From an uncultured Spirochaetales bacterium (GTDB lineage: Bacteria > Spirochaetota > GWE2-31-10 > CAYYKD01): DNA of 64,000 nucleotides. A model generated the notes under the pieces. It was not told the origin of the DNA and ran no database searches. It saw nothing but the letters and a program-made list of their open reading frames with translations. Within the stretch, counting starts at the first letter, position 1. The number at the start of each line of letters is the position of its first letter. Of the stretch, positions 47,495 through 56,024 are shown piece after piece. The DNA lies in contig CAZSQU010000002.1 in assembly GCA_964608985.1 (NCBI GenBank), forward strand, positions 50,849 to 114,848, in the 5' to 3' direction. Both the position numbers and the translations under genes were made by a program.

Positions 47495-48463
47495 TTACCT
47501 TGGAACCATATTCATTGATTCGTAGTTATAAATCAGCCATCTTTCACCTTTTTTATGAAGAAAATATGTATAAAAAACCTGTTGTGTAAAATCAAGATGC
47601 TTAAAATAAACGATAACATCTACTTGCCCGCGACCTTCAAGCGGAGAGTACTCTGCTCTTGCTATCTTGTAATGGTGCGGTAAAAAGCTAATGTCATCAA
47701 CGGTACTTTGCTGAAGATAATTCTTATATTCTCTAATTAATTCCTGTTTTACCTCGGAATCACTTCTTATATATCTGTCTCTGAATATATAATTGGATTT
47801 AATTAATTCTTCAATATCAAGGTATAAAAAGAACTTATTCCATTCATTATTAATTCTTGCATCAAGTGTAAACTGCACAACATCCGGAGGCGATCTTCTT
47901 TCTGCAAGAAGATCGGTAGTTTCTTGTGTTACAGTAGTATTTGTAACAACAAAATCTTCTTGAAAACCTCTTGGGCGTATATTTAAAGGTATCTCAGTTG
48001 AACGGATCCCTTCTGTCGGTGTTCCTTGAACATCCCTTTTTAAAAAAGGATAATAAATTGCACTAAGATAAAACTGTCCGGTAGTATTAAGATCGTAGAA
48101 ATCGTTTAGTTTAACTGTTACAGTATAGCCTTCGTTGGGACCAAGCCTTAGTTCTGTATTAAATATCGGTTGCACTCTATGAAAAGAAATGATATATTCC
48201 GGCCTGTATCCGATACGCTGGTTGTTTAATGTGATCAGGTTAAGATCAAAGCTGTACTTACGGTCCTGAGAGATAAGAGTAATAATCTGATTTGTTGTAA
48301 TATTTTTGATGTTGATATCAACAAATATATCATCATTCTTGTAGTAGATTCTCGGATTAGTATGTGAGATTGTTACAGATAAACCGTTAACCTGCTGTTG
48401 GGTAGCATTAATTCCGATTAAAGACGAAATTGTTAAAATAAATAGTAATATTATCTTTTTCAT
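47495..48463 (-). CDS. hypothetical secreted protein
   Basis: Signal peptide MKKIILLFILTISSLIGINA. No known motif. Precedes the DtxR-family gene in the same orientation with a 15-nt gap. Confidence 0.4.
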   Translation of the reverse strand: MKKIILLFILTISSLIGINATQQQVNGLSVTISHTNPRIYYKNDDIFVDINIKNITTNQIITLISQDRKYSFDLNLITLNNQRIGYRPEYIISFHRVQPIFNTELRLGPNEGYTVTVKLNDFYDLNTTGQFYLSAIYYPFLKRDVQGTPTEGIRSTEIPLNIRPRGFQEDFVVTNTTVTQETTDLLAERRSPPDVVQFTLDARINNEWNKFFLYLDIEELIKSNYIFRDRYIRSDSEVKQELIREYKNYLQQSTVDDISFLPHHYKIARAEYSPLEGRGQVDVIVYFKHLDFTQQVFYTYFLHKKGERWLIYNYESMNMVPR

Positions 48464-48506
48464 AGGTCAATTATCGGATTAAATTTTTGTAAGGTTAAGA
48501 GTAAAA

Positions 48507-51500
48507 ATGAGTTTTAGGAATACAATTTTAAAAATAATTTCAGAGAAACCTGGTTTTAGAGCAGTTATTGATAGTTTTTCTAACAGTAATTCAATCAATA
48601 TCAGAGGATTGAACGGTAGTGCTGTTTCTGTTTTTACTGATGTATTAAGCGCGGAATCTGATAAGTCAATACTATTAATAACGGCAAGCGACAATGATGC
48701 AAAAGGATTTCATTCTGATCTCGTAAGTCTCGGAGTAGAATATGCTTTCTATTATCCTTCAATTAATATTATGCCATATAACCGATCTGTTGTAAATGAA
48801 GAGGTAGAATCTTCAAGAATTGATGTAATTAAAAGATTAGTCAACGGTGAAAAGATAATTGTTTGTACTTCATTACAGGCAAGTGTCGGGCAGATAACTC
48901 CAATTCATGCAATTGCACCATTTTATCTCGATATATCTGAAGGGATTAAAATTGATGTAGAAAAATTAAAGGGTGATCTTAACAGGGCAGGTTATAGAAG
49001 AACACAATCTGTTAATGACCCCGGTGAATTTTCTATGAGGGGCGGAATAATCGACATTTATTATTCTCCCCATAAAAGACCGGTTAGGATAGATTTATTT
49101 GATGATATAGTGGAAACAATTAAACATTTTGATCCCGATACACAAAAAAGCAGTGAATCAATAAAATCAATATTTATTCCGCCATACAAAGAAATTCTAT
49201 ATGGCGAAACTGAGATTAAACGGGCTTCGGTTTTGATAGATAAGATCGGCGGGAGTGTTGAAAACAGAACTGCGATTCTTGAAAAGATAAAAAATTTCAG
49301 CAGATTTGACGGAGAGTACTTCTTAATATCATTATTCTATGAAAAATATTCAATAACAGACTATTTCCTCGATCAAATAATTATTATTAATGATTCTGTT
49401 ATGTGCGGCAAGAGATACAAAACGATAATCAGCGAATATGAAGAAAACTATCATCTCCCTTTTAATCGTGATATTCCACGGTTTACAAAAGAAGATATAC
49501 TTTTTGACTATGATTTATTAAACGATAATGCAGCTTCTTTAATTAATGTAGAAAGCTTTAATTCAAGTGATGAAATTGTAATAGATTTCGGATTTAAAGG
49601 GATACCGGTTTATCTAGGCAATCTTGAGCTTTTCAGAAAGGATTTGGAAAAATATCTTGATGACGGATATAAAATAGTATTGTTCGGCGGGAATAAAGTA
49701 CAGCAAGAGAGACTTATATCACTTTTTTCGGGGTTTAATCCGATCGATGACCGCTTTGAATTTGTTAAGAATGGTTTTAGTGTTTATTCTACACCATTGT
49801 CTTACGGTTTTATCTCAGATGAAGACAAACTGTTTTTTCTAAATGATTATGAGCTTTTCGGTAAAAGAAAGATTAGTCAACATTATTACTCAAGAAGAAC
49901 CGAGCAGATCGATAGTTTTATTGATATTAATCCGGGCGATTATGTTGTACATATACATCATGGAATAGGGCTTTATCAAGGCATCGAAAGAATGAAGAGT
50001 CTCGGTGTCGAAAAAGATTATATCAGGGTTTTGTATGCTGATAACGAGAAACTTTTTATACCTGTTGAGCAGCTGAATTTTATTCAGAAATACATATCGA
50101 GCGGCATATCTGAACCGAAACTTGACAAACTCGGCGGTAAAGGATGGAACAGTACCAGAGTTAAGGTACAGAAATCTATTGAGGAACTTGCCCGCGAGTT
50201 AGTTAAGATATATGCTTATCGACTTAATCAAAAAGGCTTTGCTTTTGCACCGGACACACCTTGGCAGAGAGAGTTTGAGGCGGCTTTTCCTTATGACGAA
50301 ACAGAAGATCAGCTTTTATCCATTGAAGAGGTAAAAAGGGATATGGAGAGTGATCGCCCGATGGACCGGCTTATTTGCGGTGATGTAGGTTTTGGTAAGA
50401 CGGAGGTTGCCATTCGGGCGGCATTTAAGGCGGTGATGTCAGGTAAACAAGTCGCAATTCTTGTGCCGACTACTATCCTTGCCGAGCAGCATTATGAAAA
50501 TATGGAAGAACGGATGAAGAATTATCCGGTAAAAATTGAGATGCTTTCGAGGTTTAGAAGTGAACAGGAACAGACCCAAATTATTGGGAAGCTTGCACTG
50601 GGTGAGGTCGATATAATTGTTGGAACTCACAGACTTCTATCTAATGATATTAAGTATAAGAACCTTGGATTGTTGATTATTGATGAAGAGCATAAATTCG
50701 GTGTAAAACATAAAGAAAAAATAAAGAAATTCAGAATATCTGTTGATTCTTTATCTATGACGGCAACCCCCATTCCAAGAACCCTGCATATGTCACTTGC
50801 AAAGATTAGGGACATGTCTGTGATAAATACTCCTCCAAAAGATAGGCAACCTGTTGAGACCTTTGTCAGTGAATACAATGAAGAGATCATAATTGATGCT
50901 GTTGAACGAGAATTAAAAAGGGATGGGCAGGTTTTTTTCTTGTATAACAGGGTACAAACGATCTATACAATGAGGAATCATCTCCAGAAAATTCTACCAA
51001 AGGCAAGGATAGAGGTGGCTCATGGACAGATGGAGGAGAATGAGCTTGAGGATGTTATTCATAACTTTATTAATCATAAGTTTGATATACTTCTTACAAC
51101 AACTATTATTGAATCGGGGATAGATATCCCCAGGGCAAATACGATTATTATTGATAGGGCTGATAAGTTCGGATTAGCTTCTCTCTACCAGTTACGGGGG
51201 CGTGTTGGAAGATCAGATAAACAAGGTTATGCTTATCTGTTTTATAGTGAGGATATAGCATTAACTGAGGTTGCTATGAAAAGATTACGGGTAATCTCGG
51301 AGTACACCGATCTCGGCAGCGGGTTTAAGGTTGCTATGAAGGACCTTGAGATTCGAGGTGCCGGTAATCTTTTCGGACCGGAACAGAGCGGAAATATACT
51401 TGCTGTCGGTTTTCATTTATACTGTAAACTATTACAGCAGGCAGTAAATGAGATAGCTAAAGCTGAAGGGGAATCCGATATTATAGAGAGTAATGAGGTT

Positions 51501-51953
51501 TATATTGACATGAAATATAACGGTTTTATTCCCGATGATTATATTCCCGATCAGAAGACAAAAATAGAGTTCTATAAAAAGATCGCCGGAGTTATTCACA
51601 ATGATGAAATAGGTGAGATTAAAAGACTATTGGAAGATAGATACGGCAAAATACCGTCAGAGGTGTTGACTCTATTTTATCTTTCGGAGATTCGTGTTAT
51701 TTGTAAAAAGCTAAAAGTAACGGATGTTATTGAGAGGAATGGAGTTGTAGAGGTTAAATTTGGCGAAATAAAGCAGTTTGATGTTATAAAATTTATGAAT
51801 TTTATTAATAAACGGGCTAAATATGTCAGTATTAAACCGGACAAACCCGAATCTTTGTTCGTTAAAACCGGTGAAGGCGAAAATCTAAAAGATAAAGGTG
51901 AATTATTAACCGGTATGCTTCTTGAGTTTGACAAATCTATTTGTGAAAAATAA
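48507..51953 (+). CDS. mfd: transcription-repair coupling factor Mfd
   Basis: UvrB-homology N-region, RNAP-interacting domain, superfamily-2 translocase motifs (GDVGFGKTEVA, DEEH, LSMTATPIPRT, QLRGRVGRS), TRCF C-terminal domain. 1148 aa. Confidence 0.9.
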   Translation: MSFRNTILKIISEKPGFRAVIDSFSNSNSINIRGLNGSAVSVFTDVLSAESDKSILLITASDNDAKGFHSDLVSLGVEYAFYYPSINIMPYNRSVVNEEVESSRIDVIKRLVNGEKIIVCTSLQASVGQITPIHAIAPFYLDISEGIKIDVEKLKGDLNRAGYRRTQSVNDPGEFSMRGGIIDIYYSPHKRPVRIDLFDDIVETIKHFDPDTQKSSESIKSIFIPPYKEILYGETEIKRASVLIDKIGGSVENRTAILEKIKNFSRFDGEYFLISLFYEKYSITDYFLDQIIIINDSVMCGKRYKTIISEYEENYHLPFNRDIPRFTKEDILFDYDLLNDNAASLINVESFNSSDEIVIDFGFKGIPVYLGNLELFRKDLEKYLDDGYKIVLFGGNKVQQERLISLFSGFNPIDDRFEFVKNGFSVYSTPLSYGFISDEDKLFFLNDYELFGKRKISQHYYSRRTEQIDSFIDINPGDYVVHIHHGIGLYQGIERMKSLGVEKDYIRVLYADNEKLFIPVEQLNFIQKYISSGISEPKLDKLGGKGWNSTRVKVQKSIEELARELVKIYAYRLNQKGFAFAPDTPWQREFEAAFPYDETEDQLLSIEEVKRDMESDRPMDRLICGDVGFGKTEVAIRAAFKAVMSGKQVAILVPTTILAEQHYENMEERMKNYPVKIEMLSRFRSEQEQTQIIGKLALGEVDIIVGTHRLLSNDIKYKNLGLLIIDEEHKFGVKHKEKIKKFRISVDSLSMTATPIPRTLHMSLAKIRDMSVINTPPKDRQPVETFVSEYNEEIIIDAVERELKRDGQVFFLYNRVQTIYTMRNHLQKILPKARIEVAHGQMEENELEDVIHNFINHKFDILLTTTIIESGIDIPRANTIIIDRADKFGLASLYQLRGRVGRSDKQGYAYLFYSEDIALTEVAMKRLRVISEYTDLGSGFKVAMKDLEIRGAGNLFGPEQSGNILAVGFHLYCKLLQQAVNEIAKAEGESDIIESNEVYIDMKYNGFIPDDYIPDQKTKIEFYKKIAGVIHNDEIGEIKRLLEDRYGKIPSEVLTLFYLSEIRVICKKLKVTDVIERNGVVEVKFGEIKQFDVIKFMNFINKRAKYVSIKPDKPESLFVKTGEGENLKDKGELLTGMLLEFDKSICEK

Positions 51954-51997
51954 GTCTTCTTTAAAAATTTCTAATAATCAGTTTTTTAGAATTCATC

Positions 51998-52045
51998 TTG
52001 ACAATTGAGCATTTGTTCATTATAATGTATTGAGCATATGTTCAA
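51998..52045 (+). promoter_or_regulatory. sigma70 promoter (TTGACA - 17 nt - TATAAT) carrying two copies of a 16-bp near-palindromic operator TTGAGCAT(T/A)TGTTCA(A)
   Basis: Consensus -35 at 51998-52003 and -10 at 52021-52026. Operator copy 1 (52005-52019) fills the spacer. Copy 2 (52030-52045) sits at the predicted transcription start. The 16-mer TTGAGCATATGTTCAA is 14/16 self-complementary. Confidence 0.55.
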
Positions 52046-52070
52046 AATTGTATTTATTTAGGATTGAATT

Positions 52071-52523
52071 TTGTCTCGTAATAAAAAATGCAGAAGATTA
52101 TCTGAGATACCTATTGCAAAAGGGTATAGACCTTTTGGTGTGTCAATGTTTACGCTAGAGCCTGTAATTATTGTTCTTGAGGAATACGAGGCATTTAAAC
52201 TTGCAGATTATATCGGATTATCACACGAAGAGGCAGCAGTAAGAATGGATGTTTCAAGACCTACATTTACCCGAATCTATGAGAGTGTAAGAAAAAAACT
52301 TGCTATTGCCCTTGCTGAAGGAAAAAGTTTTATAATTGAGGGCGGAAATGTTGAGTTGGATTTTGACAGGTATAAGTGTAATGAGTGTGACAATATTTTT
52401 ATTATCGATAAGAACAGCAGTTCGAAAGAAGTTGTATGTTTAAAATGCGGTTCAGTAAATGTTATCAGTTTAAATGAATGTTTTACTGTAGGTTGTGCCG
52501 CTTGCTGCAGGTGTAAGGATTAA
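52071..52523 (+). CDS. DUF134/UPF0251-family predicted DNA-binding protein with C-terminal Cys-rich zinc-ribbon extension
   Basis: N-terminus MSRNKKCRRLS...G.RPFG...LEEYEAFKLADYIGLSHEEAAVRMDVSRPTFTRIYESVRKKLAIALAEGKSFIIEGG follows the DUF134 pattern (sigma-70 region-4-like HTH). C-terminal CNECD...CLKCGS...CFTVGCAACCRC cysteine cluster. TTG start. Confidence 0.6.
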   Translation: MSRNKKCRRLSEIPIAKGYRPFGVSMFTLEPVIIVLEEYEAFKLADYIGLSHEEAAVRMDVSRPTFTRIYESVRKKLAIALAEGKSFIIEGGNVELDFDRYKCNECDNIFIIDKNSSSKEVVCLKCGSVNVISLNECFTVGCAACCRCKD

Positions 52524-52555
52524 TTTAAAAAAAGATATTTAATGGAAAAACACAA

Positions 52556-53473
52556 ATGAAAACATATATTGATTGTATTCCTTGTTTCTATAGACAGATA
52601 ATTGATACAGCAAGGATCGCCGGTGCAGACGACAAATTAATTAAAAAAATAATTGATAAATCCGGAGTTTTTATCAAGCAAAATGGTTTGAACTTCTCAC
52701 CTCCTGAAATAATAGGTGAAATATATCAGATAATAAAAAATAAAACCGGTGATAATGATCCATATAATATTATTAAAGATCAGAGTAATAAATCCGCAAT
52801 GGCAGTATATGACTTTTGCAAGTCTAAGATTGAACTATCAAGTGATAGGTTATTATCAGCTGTTGAGATGGCTATTGCGGGGAATATTATTGACTTTGGT
52901 ATAAAAGGATCAATTGATATAGAAAAAGAGATTTTAAATATATTAAAAGAAGAAAGCAAGCTTATAAAGAATCATCGAACAGATTATTTTGCGTATGAAG
53001 AATTTAATAATAAAGTAACCGGTTCTAGTAGAATTATATACCTGGGGGATAATGCCGGCGAAATTGTTTTTGATAAGATGCTTATTGAAGAGATATTAAG
53101 GGTAAATCCGGCAGTAAATATCGTCTATATGGTAAGAGAAATTCCGATTATAAACGATGTTCTTATGAGTGATGCAAAATTCTGCGGGTTAGATACTTTA
53201 ACCGATATCGTATCATCCGGATCAAGAGTACCGGGAACAGTCTATAAAAAGTGCCCAAAATCAGTAAAAAAGTTATTTAAAAAATCTGATTTTATAATAA
53301 GCAAAGGTCAGGGGAATTTTGAATCATTTGTTTATGAACAAAAAGATGTTTTTTATCTTTTTATGGCAAAATGTTCAATAGTAGCAAAAGAAGTTGGATG
53401 CAATGTCGGTAATATAAATTTGTATTATAAAAAAAAAGGGGTGAAAAATGAAGATAGCAATACCTACAAGTGA
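52556..53473 (+). CDS. DUF89-family protein (damage-control phosphatase, ARMT1-like)
   Basis: Hallmark N-terminus MKTYIDCIPCFYRQ (MK...C.PC..RQ) and GDNAGEIVFD metal-binding segment typical of DUF89. Confidence 0.65.
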   Translation: MKTYIDCIPCFYRQIIDTARIAGADDKLIKKIIDKSGVFIKQNGLNFSPPEIIGEIYQIIKNKTGDNDPYNIIKDQSNKSAMAVYDFCKSKIELSSDRLLSAVEMAIAGNIIDFGIKGSIDIEKEILNILKEESKLIKNHRTDYFAYEEFNNKVTGSSRIIYLGDNAGEIVFDKMLIEEILRVNPAVNIVYMVREIPIINDVLMSDAKFCGLDTLTDIVSSGSRVPGTVYKKCPKSVKKLFKKSDFIISKGQGNFESFVYEQKDVFYLFMAKCSIVAKEVGCNVGNINLYYKKKGVKNEDSNTYK

Positions 53474-53783
53474 TAAGGTTAATATCAATGACCATTTTGG
53501 CCGTGCAGATTATTTTGCAATCTATGATGACAGCGGTGTTGAACCGGTTTATTACTATGATAATAGAGAAAATGCTAATTCTGCTCAAGGAGCAGGAATA
53601 CAAGCGGCGACCGGTGTAGTCAATGAGAAGGTAGAGGTTGTATTATCCCCCAGCTTGGGGCCAAAAGCAACAGATGTTTTAAAATCTGCCGGAGTTAAGT
53701 CTTATCTCATTGTTGAAAAAGGTATACCTTTAATAGAAGTACTCAAAAGTTACAAAGATGGCAAACTAAAATCGATCTATTGA
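53448..53783 (+). CDS. NifX/NifB/NafY-like dinitrogenase FeMo-cofactor-binding-domain protein (Nitro_FeMo-Co family)
   Basis: MKIAIPTSDKVNINDHFGRADYFAIYD is the canonical start of this ~110-aa domain family. GGGGTG RBS. Overlaps the DUF89 gene end by 26 nt. Confidence 0.65.
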   Translation: MKIAIPTSDKVNINDHFGRADYFAIYDDSGVEPVYYYDNRENANSAQGAGIQAATGVVNEKVEVVLSPSLGPKATDVLKSAGVKSYLIVEKGIPLIEVLKSYKDGKLKSIY

Positions 53784-53808
53784 TTGTCTTAGAATAAATG
53801 GAGTTAAT

Positions 53809-54612
53809 ATGCAAATTGTTACTCTCATAGAAAATATGGTTTATGATCAAGGGCTGACTGCCGAACACGGTTTGTCGCTATATTTAGAATCCGGCAATAA
53901 AAAAATTGTTTTTGATACCGGTCAGACCGGTAATTTTGTTAATAATGCAGTCAGACTCGGTGTAGATATAAGCACTGTTACTGACCTTGTAATTAGTCAT
54001 GGTCATTATGATCATACCGGCGGGATATTAAACTTTATTAAGAATAATAATCATGCAAAGATACATATTAAAAGACAGGCTTTCATAAAAAAGTATCGTA
54101 CTAATAAAACCGATTCAATCGGAATCCCGTTTGATCCGGATTTTATCAGTGAAAGAATTAATTTTATTGATAAAAAAACTGAGATATCGTCAGGCGTTTT
54201 TATAATGCCCGAAATTATTATATATGAACCGGAAGATCTGCATTATGACGGTATGTTTATTAAAAATGCTGATCAATTCATACCGGATAAGTTTGATGAT
54301 GAATTGTTTCTTGCAGTGGTTAATGAAGAAAAGTTAACAATTGTATCCGGTTGCTCACATAACGGAATAATTAATATCTGCGAAACTGCGGCAAATCAAT
54401 TAAATCTAAAGTTTAATACAATATTAGGCGGATTTCATCTAATGAATAGTAATGAAGCCCATATTCGTTTACTTTCAGAGTATTTCAAAAAAATCAATCC
54501 GGAGAAGATCGGGGTCTGCCATTGCACCGGAATAGATAAGTTTGCTATATTAAAGAATATTTTAGGTAAAAAGGTTTTTTATAACTATACAGGAAAAAAA
54601 ATAATAATTTAA
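53809..54612 (+). CDS. MBL-fold metallo-hydrolase
   Basis: VISHGHYDHTGG (HxHxDH zinc motif) and downstream His/Asp ligands (GCSHNG, FHLMN). Confidence 0.7.
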   Translation: MQIVTLIENMVYDQGLTAEHGLSLYLESGNKKIVFDTGQTGNFVNNAVRLGVDISTVTDLVISHGHYDHTGGILNFIKNNNHAKIHIKRQAFIKKYRTNKTDSIGIPFDPDFISERINFIDKKTEISSGVFIMPEIIIYEPEDLHYDGMFIKNADQFIPDKFDDELFLAVVNEEKLTIVSGCSHNGIINICETAANQLNLKFNTILGGFHLMNSNEAHIRLLSEYFKKINPEKIGVCHCTGIDKFAILKNILGKKVFYNYTGKKIII

Positions 54613-54625
54613 TAAAGGGGTATTT

Positions 54626-55846
54626 ATGCACAATCAAAATCAAGATGAAGAATTACAGAACATGATGAGGGAGCAAAATCTTAACCGGATAAAGAACAAG
54701 ATAGTTGTTATAAGCGGTAAGGGTGGGGTCGGTAAGAGTACTGTTAGTGTTAACCTTGCTTACGCATTGGCTCTTGAAGGAAATAGTGTCGGACTTATGG
54801 ATGTTGATATTCACGGCCCGTCTGTTGCCAAGATGACAGGTATTGAGGGCAAAAGGCTTGTTGCCGGTAATAATGGAAGAGCAATACCGATTGAGGCGGT
54901 TAATAACCTTCATGTTATATCAATTGCTTCTATGTTAGAACACCCCGATGACCCTGTAGTTTGGCGTGGACCGGCTAAGATGGGGGTCATCAAACAATTT
55001 CTTGAGGAGATTGAATGGCCGGAGTTAGACTACCTTATTGTTGATTGTCCTCCGGGTACAGGCGATGAGCCATTGAGCGTAATTCAGCTTATAGGGAATG
55101 TTACCGGAGCGGTTATTGTTTCAACTCCACAGGATGTTGCATTTCTTGATGCAAGAAAGTCGATTTCGTTTGCTAATATGCTTAAAGTTCCTGTTTTAGG
55201 TATAATTGAGAATATGGCCGGATTTACTTGTCCCCATTGTAAAGGAAAGGTAGATATTTTTAAATCAGGTGGGGCTGTTAAAGCGGCAAAGGACTTTAAT
55301 GTTGAGGTTCTTGGGGCTATACCGATTGAGACAGCTATCGTTGAGTCAGGCGATTCGGGTAAGCCATTTGTTTATTTCTTCAGTAAAACAGAAGCCGGTA
55401 AGGAATTCTTGTCAATAGTAGATAAAATTACAGAAAAAATTCAAACTCAAAATAAGGCGTCTTCTGAATCTAAAAAAAATAAAACCGAAAAAATAGCTAT
55501 TCCTGTTGATGGAGATATCTTGGCAGAACATTTCGGGCATGCGCCAAAGTTTGTAATATATGATATTGACGGTAAAAAAATATTATCAAGTAGTGAACAT
55601 ACACCTCCGCCCCATGAGCCGGGTGTGATACCAAAGTGGCTTGATAGTTTAAATGTAACAAAGATTATCACCGGCGGTATAGGTCAGGGAGCTGTAAACT
55701 TCTTTAATCAGTTCAAAATTGAGGTTTTTTCCGGAGCGCCTGTAATACAGCACAACGAATTGATTTTAAAATACCTGAATAATGAACTGTCAACCGGCGG
55801 GGCTAAGTGTGATCACTCGGGAGAACACAGCTGCGGAGGTCATTAA
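54626..55846 (+). CDS. Mrp/NBP35/ApbC-family Fe-S cluster carrier ATPase fused to a C-terminal NifX-like (Nitro_FeMo-Co) domain
   Basis: Deviant Walker A ISGKGGVGKST, CPHC cluster-binding motif (GFTCPHCKG), then KIAIPVDGDILAEHFGHAPKFVIYD repeating the NifX-like signature. Confidence 0.75.
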   Translation: MHNQNQDEELQNMMREQNLNRIKNKIVVISGKGGVGKSTVSVNLAYALALEGNSVGLMDVDIHGPSVAKMTGIEGKRLVAGNNGRAIPIEAVNNLHVISIASMLEHPDDPVVWRGPAKMGVIKQFLEEIEWPELDYLIVDCPPGTGDEPLSVIQLIGNVTGAVIVSTPQDVAFLDARKSISFANMLKVPVLGIIENMAGFTCPHCKGKVDIFKSGGAVKAAKDFNVEVLGAIPIETAIVESGDSGKPFVYFFSKTEAGKEFLSIVDKITEKIQTQNKASSESKKNKTEKIAIPVDGDILAEHFGHAPKFVIYDIDGKKILSSSEHTPPPHEPGVIPKWLDSLNVTKIITGGIGQGAVNFFNQFKIEVFSGAPVIQHNELILKYLNNELSTGGAKCDHSGEHSCGGH

Positions 55847-55870
55847 TAGTCCGGTATTCAAGTTTCAATC

Positions 55871-55907
55871 AAGCCGCAATAGTAAATTCTAATGCGGCTT
55901 TTTTTAT
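55871..55907 (+). terminator. rho-independent terminator after the Mrp/NBP35 gene
   Basis: AAGCCGCA-(13-nt loop)-TGCGGCTT followed by TTTTTTT. Confidence 0.6.
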
Positions 55908-56024
55908 TTTTTTTCTCTTATTTATCTTGATTATTATTTATAAATTATTATATTTGATTAGTAAAATATTATATAGTAGTCAATATTTTGTTATTAGATT
56001 GAAATAATTGAATCGGGGGTTATT

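Noticed and set aside
48479-48694. 71-aa minus-strand ORF overlapping the mfd 5' end
   Set aside because: It is antisense to the well-supported Mfd N-terminus and has no RBS. It is spurious.
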